Below are positions 24,506 through 31,391 of a stretch of 40,875 nt of DNA, one piece after another (the stretch's first letter is position 1; the number at the start of each line of letters is the position of its first letter). Origin of the DNA: a virus; the IMG/VR virus record IMGVR_UViG_3300036779_000170. One strand, 5' to 3'. The position numbers and the translations under genes are program-made. A model generated the notes under the pieces. The model did not search any database and was not told the origin of the DNA. It saw only the letters and a program-made list of their open reading frames with translations.

Positions 24506-25041
24506 GCCTGCACCTCGGCAGCTTTTCGTGCACGGCGGGCCAGTTGCGCCGCATGGCTCGCGGGGTCAACTGGCTTGGCTTTCCCGCGACTCACGGCTAT
24601 GCGCCGGTTCATTTCCTTAACGCGCTCCTCGGGCGTCATCCGGCCCCAGTAGCTTTTTGACAGTTTTGATCTGGCTTCCTTCGGCATCCTGCGCATGCCG
24701 CCGGTCCCTGAGGCCTCCCGGAGCTTCCAGCGCCTGGCTATTTCCGCGCTGCGCTCTTCGGGAGTCATATTGCCCCAGAAATTATGGCCTCTGCCTGCGG
24801 CCCCGTTCTGCGCACCAGCCTCAATCCGCCGCGCCTCGGCAATTACCGCGCTTTCCTTTTTTTTCGGCCTGCCGACCGGTCTGTGCCCGTTGGGTACAAT
24901 GCCGCCGCACTGCGCCAGCAGGGCCTCCAGTTTGGCTATCTCAGCGTCCATGCCCGCTACTGCTACCTCACGCATCCGGCGCAGCCCGGGCAACGCCTGC
25001 GCCAAACCGATTGCCGCAAATTCCGCTAAAAGTCTGTCCAT
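24502..25041 (-). CDS. Basic protein with two W..MTPEER repeats
   Basis: FWGNMTPEERSAEIARRW and YWGRMTPEERVKEMNRR. First gene after the terminator/promoter gap. Confidence 0.6.
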   Translation of the reverse strand: MDRLLAEFAAIGLAQALPGLRRMREVAVAGMDAEIAKLEALLAQCGGIVPNGHRPVGRPKKKESAVIAEARRIEAGAQNGAAGRGHNFWGNMTPEERSAEIARRWKLREASGTGGMRRMPKEARSKLSKSYWGRMTPEERVKEMNRRIAVSRGKAKPVDPASHAAQLARRARKAAEVQA

Positions 25042-25130
25042 GTCGTGTCGTTATTCCCTTTCTCAAACAGCCGCTTTCCTTTCAGCGACATTAAAAGCAC
25101 AATATCACGTTTAAATGCATTAGAAAAGAG

Positions 25131-25172
25131 AAAAACCCCGGCAGGCCTATGGAGGAGCGCGCCGGGGTTTTT
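25131..25172. terminator. Bidirectional rho-independent terminator
   Basis: A5, then CCCCGGC (25136-25142) ... GCCGGGG (25161-25167), then T5. Confidence 0.7.
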
Positions 25173-25232
25173 AAGGAATAAACGAACTCCGGGGATGACA
25201 AGTCGCCCGGTACCGTTATTGTTGCACGTCTG

Positions 25233-25406
25233 CTACTCGTGTTTGCCCATCATTTCGTAGACCTTGCCGGTCAGAAGTTTGATATCAGCGCGCATCTCGC
25301 GGATATCGTCACGGATACCGGATATCTGAAACAGGTTGATTACCAGCGAGGCCAGTACTGCTGTGATCGGCAGGCCCACGGCGATATAAAGTTGCATGTC
25401 CGTCAT
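25233..25406 (-). CDS. 57-aa protein with an N-terminal TM helix (below the ORF-track cutoff)
   Basis: Manual translation: MTDMQLYIAVGLPITAVLASLVINLFQISGIRDDIREMRADIKLLTGKVYEMMGKHE. Confidence 0.5.
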   Translation of the reverse strand: MTDMQLYIAVGLPITAVLASLVINLFQISGIRDDIREMRADIKLLTGKVYEMMGKHE

Positions 25407-25416
25407 TTTGTCTCGC

Positions 25417-25614
25417 TCACTTTTGGCCCGCCTTCCACTCTTCCAGGCGCGCGATCTTCCCCTCGTGCGAGATCATGTATTGCACCAGCATGTCTACGTT
25501 TTTACCAATCGGGTCCAGCTTCGCGTCAATGTAGTACTTAAAAAATGCGATACCCAGCCCGAAAAGAGTCACCAGCAGGCCGGCCACCGATAAAACACCC
25601 TGATCTGTTGTCAT
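25417..25614 (-). CDS. Small protein with an N-terminal TM helix and a C-terminal coil
   Basis: VLSVAGLLVTLFGLGIAFF ... GKIARLEEWKAGQK. Confidence 0.6.
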   Translation of the reverse strand: MTTDQGVLSVAGLLVTLFGLGIAFFKYYIDAKLDPIGKNVDMLVQYMISHEGKIARLEEWKAGQK

Positions 25615-25638
25615 TCGTTTATCCTCTGTTCCATTCTG

Positions 25639-26367
25639 TCACTGTAGCCCCTCAGAGCCATTCAGGCCTTCTGTCTGCGCGCCCAGTATATTCGCCACGC
25701 CCTGATGGCTCCAGAGGCCGCCGCGCCGCGTCCTGTGGCCTGCCTCGTTCAGTAACCGCGCGATGGCAGGCAGTGACTCGCCCGCTTTGCGGTACGCCTT
25801 CGCCAGATTGAGCAATGCCTGCTCTGCCGGGTCAGGTGTTAGCAGGTGGCGGACGCCCTGCTTTCGGTCCTCTGCCGTGCGCCTGGGCGCCTTGTAGCCG
25901 TAAAGGGCCGTTCCAACCCGAAAGCCCTTTTCCTTGATATGGCCCAGGGCGTCCCGGGTTCGCTCCCCGATTGCTTCCCGTTCCCACTGGCTAACCGTCA
26001 TCATGATACTGATCACCATGCGGCCTGAGGCTGTGGAAGTGTTGAGCGCGTCCGCGACCGACACCAGCGACACTTTGCGCTTGTCAAACAAGTCGAGAAG
26101 CGTCCACAGATCGCGTACAGAGCGCGTGAGACGGTCCAATTTAGCCACGATGACCATAGACACCTCGCGGGCTTCAATCAGTCCTACAAGGCGCTGCAGG
26201 CCGTCCCGTTCCATGCAGGAACCAGAGCCCACCTCGGATATCACCTCCACGTCAGGCAAATCCAGCACTCCGGCCTGCTGCCGGATCTTAACGGCCTGCG
26301 CATCCAGCGATACACCGTTCGTGCCCTGTTCGTTGGTCGAAACGCGGGCGTAGCCGAAGGTTTTCAT
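25639..26367 (-). CDS. Short serine recombinase (resolvase catalytic domain plus a partial recombinase domain)
   Basis: MKTFGYARVSTNEQ, VAKLDRLTRS, SQWEREAIGERT, then GYKAP...IARLLNEAGHRTRRGGLWSHQGV. Only 242 aa, with no zinc-ribbon or coiled-coil part. Confidence 0.8.
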   Translation of the reverse strand: MKTFGYARVSTNEQGTNGVSLDAQAVKIRQQAGVLDLPDVEVISEVGSGSCMERDGLQRLVGLIEAREVSMVIVAKLDRLTRSVRDLWTLLDLFDKRKVSLVSVADALNTSTASGRMVISIMMTVSQWEREAIGERTRDALGHIKEKGFRVGTALYGYKAPRRTAEDRKQGVRHLLTPDPAEQALLNLAKAYRKAGESLPAIARLLNEAGHRTRRGGLWSHQGVANILGAQTEGLNGSEGLQ

Positions 26368-26669
26368 TGCGCGGGGCGCTCCCGTTCCAGTTTTTCTATG
26401 CGTTCCCGTAATTTATTGACTTCGGTCGAGAGCCCGCTTAGAGAATTGTCGGATTGCTCATGCCAGCGTGATTGACGCGCCAGCAATTCCATAGTGGTGT
26501 TGGTGTTGCTGTCCACTCGCTTTAAGCGGCGGTCTATTTCGTCGATACGCCAGGTCAGCCGCTCCTCCACTCCTTTCAGTTCGCTGTGAGTGGTAGCGGT
26601 CTCACCTGCGATCAGCGCTGCAATCCGTTCCTCCATTGCCCGTAAATACTCTTTTGTTTCGTTGTCCAT
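26364..26669 (-). CDS. Soluble coiled-coil protein
   Basis: Heptad-rich; ends LRERIEKLERERPAQ. Confidence 0.6.
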   Translation of the reverse strand: MDNETKEYLRAMEERIAALIAGETATTHSELKGVEERLTWRIDEIDRRLKRVDSNTNTTMELLARQSRWHEQSDNSLSGLSTEVNKLRERIEKLERERPAQ

Positions 26670-26687
26670 GTCGTTTGTCCCTTTTCC

Positions 26688-27173
26688 TTATTCCGCTTCT
26701 CTGCGCGCCACGCGGCACGCGCCGCACGCGCATAACCACGCGCGCCCGTTGGCCCTGTCGAGATCCTGATGGGCACTGGCCACGCGTGAATACCACCGGC
26801 CCTGCAGAATCGCCGGCAAAGGCTCTGCGACGTGAGAATTATCGGCGGTGGAAGGCCCCCATGTAACACGCGTGGACGGTGCCGCAGCGTCCGGCATAAG
26901 CCGGTCACTTCCCTTATCCCGTGTTGGACCGCCAGTAACAGATTGCACTTCCTCCACGGCAACCGACGCGGCGCCGCCGTGGTGTTTGATGTGCGACGGC
27001 GAAAACGACCGCATCCGCTCGGTAGCCCGCCGGCGTTCCTCCGGCGTGTATCTCTGCCACCTGGTAGCGGCTTCTGAGCTGCGCGCGTCGAAGTTCAGTT
27101 TGTCCCATTTGCTGCGCGCGGCTTTAATCCGCGCCGCGCGTACTTCCTCGGGTGTTTTACGCGGTCTCGGCAT
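26688..27173 (-). CDS. Basic protein with one W..YTPEER motif
   Basis: TRWQRYTPEERRRATERMR. TAATG coupling. Confidence 0.55.
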   Translation of the reverse strand: MPRPRKTPEEVRAARIKAARSKWDKLNFDARSSEAATRWQRYTPEERRRATERMRSFSPSHIKHHGGAASVAVEEVQSVTGGPTRDKGSDRLMPDAAAPSTRVTWGPSTADNSHVAEPLPAILQGRWYSRVASAHQDLDRANGRAWLCACGACRVARREAE

Positions 27174-27385
27174 TATTGCTTTGTCTCCAGGCGTTCGATA
27201 CGCTGCTCATGTATTTCCGCGATTCGTGCGAGTCCCCGTATATTCTCCGCGTCCTTTTCCGAGTTTTTACTCAGCCGGCGAATGCCGCGATTGTGTTTCG
27301 TGGCCAGCTTCTGCAGATCGAGAATATCCCGGTGCGCCAATTCCAGGTTCATAGTCAGCGCCTCCAGCCGTTCGTCTATCGTCAT
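27173..27385 (-). CDS. Soluble coiled-coil protein
   Basis: Ends IHEQRIERLETKQ. Confidence 0.6.
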   Translation of the reverse strand: MTIDERLEALTMNLELAHRDILDLQKLATKHNRGIRRLSKNSEKDAENIRGLARIAEIHEQRIERLETKQ

Positions 27386-27685
27386 TTACCGGCCCTCCTT
27401 TTTTCCGTTCGAGTGCTCCCGCGTGATTGCCCGGATCAACCCGTCAAGATTCGCCTCCAGGCGTTTCATGCGTTCGTCCGATGACGTGATATAGCGGGAG
27501 GCGGAAGCGGCCAGACCTTCAATGGCCGCTTCCGTGCGCAGGTGAGCCGCTTTCAGTTCGTCGCGCGCCGCCGTCATCTGGTCGTGTGACTTCCCGACGA
27601 TTTCGGCCAGCGCATTGATATTGCGATCCGTTCTGGTTTGCGCCTCGATAAGGCCGGCGAACATGGCTTTGATTTCGGGGTCCAT
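27386..27685 (-). CDS. Soluble coiled-coil protein
   Basis: Helical, with SDERMKRLEANLDG. Confidence 0.6.
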   Translation of the reverse strand: MDPEIKAMFAGLIEAQTRTDRNINALAEIVGKSHDQMTAARDELKAAHLRTEAAIEGLAASASRYITSSDERMKRLEANLDGLIRAITREHSNGKKEGR

Positions 27686-28036
27686 TTATGCTTCCACCTC
27701 CTCGGCTTCCTCTTCGGCCTTTTCCACGTCTTCGATGAAATGCTCCGCGATTTCGTGCCAGTCGACCTCTCCCAGCGCCGCGTTGAGCAGGTCGGTGAAA
27801 AGTGAGGCTCCATCCCCGATTGGATTCATTTCTTCGATCCAGTTTTCCAGCGCCTGGGAAAGATCCAATACCGCGCGTTCCTCGCGGGTAAAGTTCCGAT
27901 CCGCTTCGGCGCCGTCCCAGGCATCCTGCGCCATTTCGCAGCGCTGGGAATACGAGCCCTGGTCGTTATCGATCCAGAGCGCTACATTCCACGTTTCGTA
28001 ATTCGCCCAGCCGTTGTATTTTTTGTCGTTTGCCAT
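27686..28036 (-). CDS. Strongly acidic protein (YNGWANYETWNVALWIDND family)
   Basis: Conserved-looking W-rich N-terminus and an acidic tail EDVEKAEEEAEEVEA. Confidence 0.65.
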   Translation of the reverse strand: MANDKKYNGWANYETWNVALWIDNDQGSYSQRCEMAQDAWDGAEADRNFTREERAVLDLSQALENWIEEMNPIGDGASLFTDLLNAALGEVDWHEIAEHFIEDVEKAEEEAEEVEA

Positions 28037-28099
28037 GTTCGTCTCTTCCTCTTCAGTACCGGATTAACCGGTATACGCCAGCCGTCTGGCGTTTCGGAG

Positions 28100-28534
28100 T
28101 TATGCCGCTATCTTTTCCCGTACCTCCGAGAGCACACTGTCGGACGGGGCGCCGAGTTGCCACGCTACGCCGTCATAAGAGCTCTCCGCATGCCTGAACG
28201 CGCGTACGCAGCATTCGGCAAAGGTAGGCATTCCCGTTACAGCGGACATATGAACGCGGCCCGGGCCTGCAATCTCGTATCCCCAGTTTCCGTGCCTGAA
28301 CTGGCAGACAAGGACCGTTCCGTTTGCGCAGCCGATTACGCATTGCTGGTAATTTTCGACCTGCGTCACAGCTGCTTTAATCTGCTCCTCCACCATGGGG
28401 CGCAGTTTGGCTTTCGCTGTGGCCAGACTGCCGGCGTATACCGATGCGTTCATGCCTGCGACATAGGCGAACCCAGTTTCGTCGTTCGTCCTTCGCACTT
28501 CAAAGGCGATATTTAATTTCGTTTCGTTTGTCAT
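28100..28534 (-). CDS. Hypothetical protein
   Basis: ORF track entry. Two intergenic hairpins follow it (28037-28099). Confidence 0.6.
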   Translation of the reverse strand: MTNETKLNIAFEVRRTNDETGFAYVAGMNASVYAGSLATAKAKLRPMVEEQIKAAVTQVENYQQCVIGCANGTVLVCQFRHGNWGYEIAGPGRVHMSAVTGMPTFAECCVRAFRHAESSYDGVAWQLGAPSDSVLSEVREKIAA

Positions 28535-28567
28535 GTTCGTTCGTTTCCCTTATCGTTTGTTTCCGTT

Positions 28568-28825
28568 CTACTTAATCCGCCGCATCGGTGTGATATTGGC
28601 GTCCGGCTGGAAATACCCGCTGTCAACGCGTTTCTGAAACGTGCTGACCAACTCCGCCTGAGCTGCCTCCAGCGTCGTATCCATGCGGATCTTTCCCAAC
28701 GATCCGCCGCAATCCGAAGCCTTATACCAGGCTCCAACTCCGTCTGTATAAAGGTCTACCCAATGTTTGCCGCTTTTGGATTCCCAACGCGCTATCGGGT
28801 CTAATGTGAATGTCGCTGTCTGCAT
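28568..28825 (-). CDS. Hypothetical protein, first gene of the minus-strand accessory operon
   Basis: ORF track entry. The overlapping ORF 28531-28737 was judged spurious. Confidence 0.6.
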   Translation of the reverse strand: MQTATFTLDPIARWESKSGKHWVDLYTDGVGAWYKASDCGGSLGKIRMDTTLEAAQAELVSTFQKRVDSGYFQPDANITPMRRIK

Positions 28826-28881
28826 TTCGTTCGTTCCTTCTCCCTACATACTGTTATACGCTTTAGTGCATATGTACGTCA

Positions 28882-28951
28882 CTGTTTATTTAACAGGTAG
28901 GTTATAGTACTGGCGCAAGCTATTGATTTCACGTGAAACATTGGACAAAAT
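28882..28951. promoter_or_regulatory. Divergent control region with palindromic operator candidates
   Basis: CTGTTTATTTAACAG (28882-28896). Perfect 12-bp palindrome TTTCACGTGAAA (28927-28938) lies between TTGATT (28923) and CAAAAT (28946). The -10-like box ends 6 nt before ATG 28958. Confidence 0.35.
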
Positions 28952-28957
28952 GAGCGC

Positions 28958-29644
28958 ATGGCTGGCTCTGTCGAAACTGTTTCTTCCCTTAAACGCCTCG
29001 ATTTCCTCTTGCCCGCTGAAGAGAAAGCAATCTGGGATTCCATCTACGCCGGCCTGTCAGTGAAACAAACAGCCGTTAAACTCGGCTTCACCTTCGCCAC
29101 TCTCGAAGCATGGTTCTACGATCCAAAGCGCTTACCATTGCTTAATCGTGCAAGAGCCAGCCTCGCTTCCCAGATGGCCCACGAAACTATTGCCATTGCG
29201 GACTCCGGACACGGGATTCCAGCGTTGAATGGCCGCGAGACCGCGAATTCCACGGCGCCAGAAACATTTCCCGACGCAGCGCGCGACAAACTGCGCATTC
29301 AGGCAAGGCAATGGCTTGCAAGTAAATGGGACAAAGACACTTACGCGTCAACACCGCAAACCGTGGTCAACATTGACGCGAAGTCACTACATATAGATAG
29401 TCTCCGACGTAGTTCGCAGGATCTGCAAACAACCGCACGGTTGAATGAAGGCGCATTCCTGCCGCCGGTGCAAGTAACTGATTCTACGGCACTTCTAAAC
29501 GCAGGGCCGGCTGTAATTAGCCCCCCGGCATCCCCTTCCACCACGCCGTCTGGCGACGGCGGCACTCCTTCTCGTGGCAAAGCGTCGCAGAGAAATGCGT
29601 CTACTACAGACGACGTATCTGAGACCGCAGAAGGTGCTGACTAA
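28958..29644 (+). CDS. HTH protein resembling a small terminase subunit
   Basis: AGLSVKQTAVKLGFTFATLEAWFYD ... DAARDKLRIQARQWLASKWDKDTY matches a TerS family as I recall it. The C-terminal third is low complexity. Confidence 0.5.
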   Translation: MAGSVETVSSLKRLDFLLPAEEKAIWDSIYAGLSVKQTAVKLGFTFATLEAWFYDPKRLPLLNRARASLASQMAHETIAIADSGHGIPALNGRETANSTAPETFPDAARDKLRIQARQWLASKWDKDTYASTPQTVVNIDAKSLHIDSLRRSSQDLQTTARLNEGAFLPPVQVTDSTALLNAGPAVISPPASPSTTPSGDGGTPSRGKASQRNASTTDDVSETAEGAD

Positions 29645-30228
29645 GGGCAGGGGGTTAACTGTAAGGGAAGGTTTACGAGGCCCCGCGTCATATGACGCGG
29701 TAGGCAGGGGAACTGGGCCAGGGGAATCTTCTGTTACAGAAGAAGTGGAAAAAAAAAAAAAAAAAAAAATACAAAAGCAAGAGGCTTTAACTAATACAGA
29801 GGATGTAACTGTCTTGATTTCCTGGTGTTGAATGAAACGGGTTCAATTGGGGAGGGGGGGGCTTACCGCCCCCCCCCTCTGTACCACCGTGAAAGAAACT
29901 CTGTAACAGAACACACTTCTACTAAAGAGGGGACTCGAAAACAGTCCCGAATGTGGTTCGACTTGAACTACCGGATCCCGGCGGCTAAACGGGCCGCCGT
30001 CCCCCGGCTAACGCGCTCAAGTCAGGCCAGTGTTAGTCGAGCTAACACCGCTGTATGCTGCAACCGGTACCGCCTTGGAGGTTATCCCAGAGTATGGGAA
30101 CTTATCCAACCGAACCCGTAACCCTTGCGGGGTTTCAATTAAGTCATTGCAGGCCAGCACACGGCCTTTCGGGGACGCGCCGCGCTCCGGACGCTGGGGC
30201 ACTGGGCCATCACGCCGGGTCGCGGAAT
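29645..30228. other. ORF-free island dense in hairpins and homopolymers (structured RNA, pac/cos or origin candidate)
   Basis: 18-bp palindrome 29683-29700, 17-bp palindrome 29727-29743, A21 at 29749-29769, G8/C9 hairpin 29852-29879, and hairpins at 29930-48, 29953-71, 29979-99, 30030-48 and 30120-34. Confidence 0.6.
29749..29769 (+). repeat. Homopolymer A21
   Basis: Counted directly across lines 29741-29770. Confidence 0.95.
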
Positions 30229-30453
30229 TCATACAAACAAGCCGTCTTTCATAATCACCTTGCACTTGCCGGCTGGACCCTTCATCGGCCCTGTGCCACG
30301 AAGCGCTCTGTTGCGTGCGCTCCATGCCGGGGTTTCCAGAACATAGTCATGACCAATATGCGATTCGGCTCGCATTGGATGGACAGAGTGGCTACTCTTC
30401 GGATTACGGGCTTTACGGCGACGTGATCTACGGCTCATAGACCGACTTACCAC
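30229..30453 (-). CDS. Possible small basic protein (uncertain)
   Basis: GTG 30453 or ATG 30438 (MSRRSRRRKARNPKSS...). Mixed third-position GC. Confidence 0.3.
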   Translation of the reverse strand: MVSRSMSRRSRRRKARNPKSSHSVHPMRAESHIGHDYVLETPAWSARNRALRGTGPMKGPAGKCKVIMKDGLFV

Positions 30454-30454
30454 T

Positions 30455-30727
30455 TCATTGACCGCTTGCGGCGGCCAAACTTTTCTCGCGCGCGGCCTTC
30501 AAATGCCGGCTTCGAGCCGGTCGCGCGGCGAAACATTCTTCGTGCCACGAGCGCCGAGACTCCCATTCCCAGATCATTATGTTGCCGGCGTAAATTGGCG
30601 CCTTGCACAAATGACAGGGGGCGAACCAGCGGGCCTTCAACCGCTGCGCCGTTTTCGGAATGTTGCAGAGCGCGGGCGGGAAGGCTGAAGTGCGGATCGA
30701 ATCGGTCTCGGGCGAGATCACAGGCAC
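30455..30727 (-). CDS. Small Cys/His protein
   Basis: High GC3. APCHLCKAPIYAGNIMIWEWESRRSWHEEC. Confidence 0.5.
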   Translation of the reverse strand: MPVISPETDSIRTSAFPPALCNIPKTAQRLKARWFAPCHLCKAPIYAGNIMIWEWESRRSWHEECFAARPARSRHLKAAREKSLAAASGQ

Positions 30728-30810
30728 GTTCCTTTATGTTGTAAGGTGAAACGCGGCAGGATGCAAGCGAAATCTTTCAGGGTAACCATAAAGGAATGAA
30801 TAAGTTATCC

Positions 30811-30868
30811 TTCAGGCCGCTGGGTTCCACTCAGGCCTCTTGTATGGCCTGAAAATAGTTTGTAAGAT
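30811..30868 (+). promoter_or_regulatory. Operator/promoter-like motif cluster
   Basis: TTCAGGCC (30811), TCCACTCAGGCC (30826-30837), TTGTAT-GGCCTGA-N10-TAAGAT (30840-30868). TCAGGCC-N8-GGCCTGA forms a 7-8-7 palindrome. Confidence 0.35.
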
Positions 30869-30870
30869 TT

Positions 30871-31158
30871 ATGAACGGAACCGAAAGGGAGAAACGAACT
30901 TTGGACACATCGGTAATCACGACTCTCATCAGCACCGGCGGGGCGGTCATTGTCGGCCTGGGCGGGATGTGGATCTCAACCAATCAGATCGGAAAGCGCA
31001 TCGATTCACTGGAGCGGTCTTTCGAAAAGCGGATGGATTCGCTGGAGCGCCGCTTCGAGCGGCTGGAAGACGAATTCCGGACTTTCAAAGAACTGGTCAC
31101 CGGCAAACTCACCGCGCTGGACTCGGACATCGCGAAACTGATGGATGGGCGGGGATGA
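30871..31158 (+). CDS. Small protein with an N-terminal TM helix and a C-terminal coiled coil
   Basis: VITTLISTGGAVIVGLGGMWI, then IDSLERSFEKRMDSLERRFERLEDEF...VTGKL. Confidence 0.6.
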   Translation: MNGTEREKRTLDTSVITTLISTGGAVIVGLGGMWISTNQIGKRIDSLERSFEKRMDSLERRFERLEDEFRTFKELVTGKLTALDSDIAKLMDGRG

Positions 31159-31391
31159 TGATCGAACCACCCACGGCGGATTGGGTGGCGCGGCTGCACC
31201 TCGAAATGGCCGCTGCTACCGAACTGGTATGGAAAATCCAGAACGCGCTCACCGAGGCCGGCGACCTTACGCCGGAAATCGTGGATCTTGCCCGCAGGCT
31301 GGAGTACCGGGCAGGCGTCGTGCGGGGGTTCGTTGCGCGCTGGGAAGGGTTGAAGGCGGCAACGCGGGAAGGACTAAAGCCAGGTGAGTGA
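31155..31391 (+). CDS. Small hypothetical protein
   Basis: ATGA overlap. MMIEPPTADWVARLHLEMAAATELVWK... Confidence 0.5.
   Translation: MMIEPPTADWVARLHLEMAAATELVWKIQNALTEAGDLTPEIVDLARRLEYRAGVVRGFVARWEGLKAATREGLKPGE

Noticed and set aside
28531-28737. 68-aa minus-strand ORF.
   Set aside because: It overlaps 28568-28825 out of frame. It is R/W-rich, and the neighbouring frame gives a better protein that is correctly placed after the promoter region.
29849-29879. The G-run as a two-colour-chemistry poly-G sequencing artefact.
   Set aside because: It is internal to the contig, only 8 nt long, and exactly complemented by a C9 run 7 nt away, forming a designed-looking hairpin.
29953-29971. GGTTCGA-containing hairpin as a tRNA T-arm or tmRNA fragment.
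   Set aside because: The flanks do not form a 5-bp T-stem, an acceptor stem or a D-arm on either strand. No cloverleaf can be drawn.
29645-30228. A CRISPR or other interspaced guide array in the non-coding island.
   Set aside because: The hairpins differ in sequence and spacing. There is no repeated unit of 20 nt or more, and no cas-like or other effector gene nearby.
30017-30426. ORFs 30017-30325 (minus), 30030-30254, 30055-30426 and 29825-30121 (all plus) inside the island.
   Set aside because: They overlap one another in several frames, have R/P/G/S-rich junk-like sequences, and lack start contexts or coupling to neighbours.
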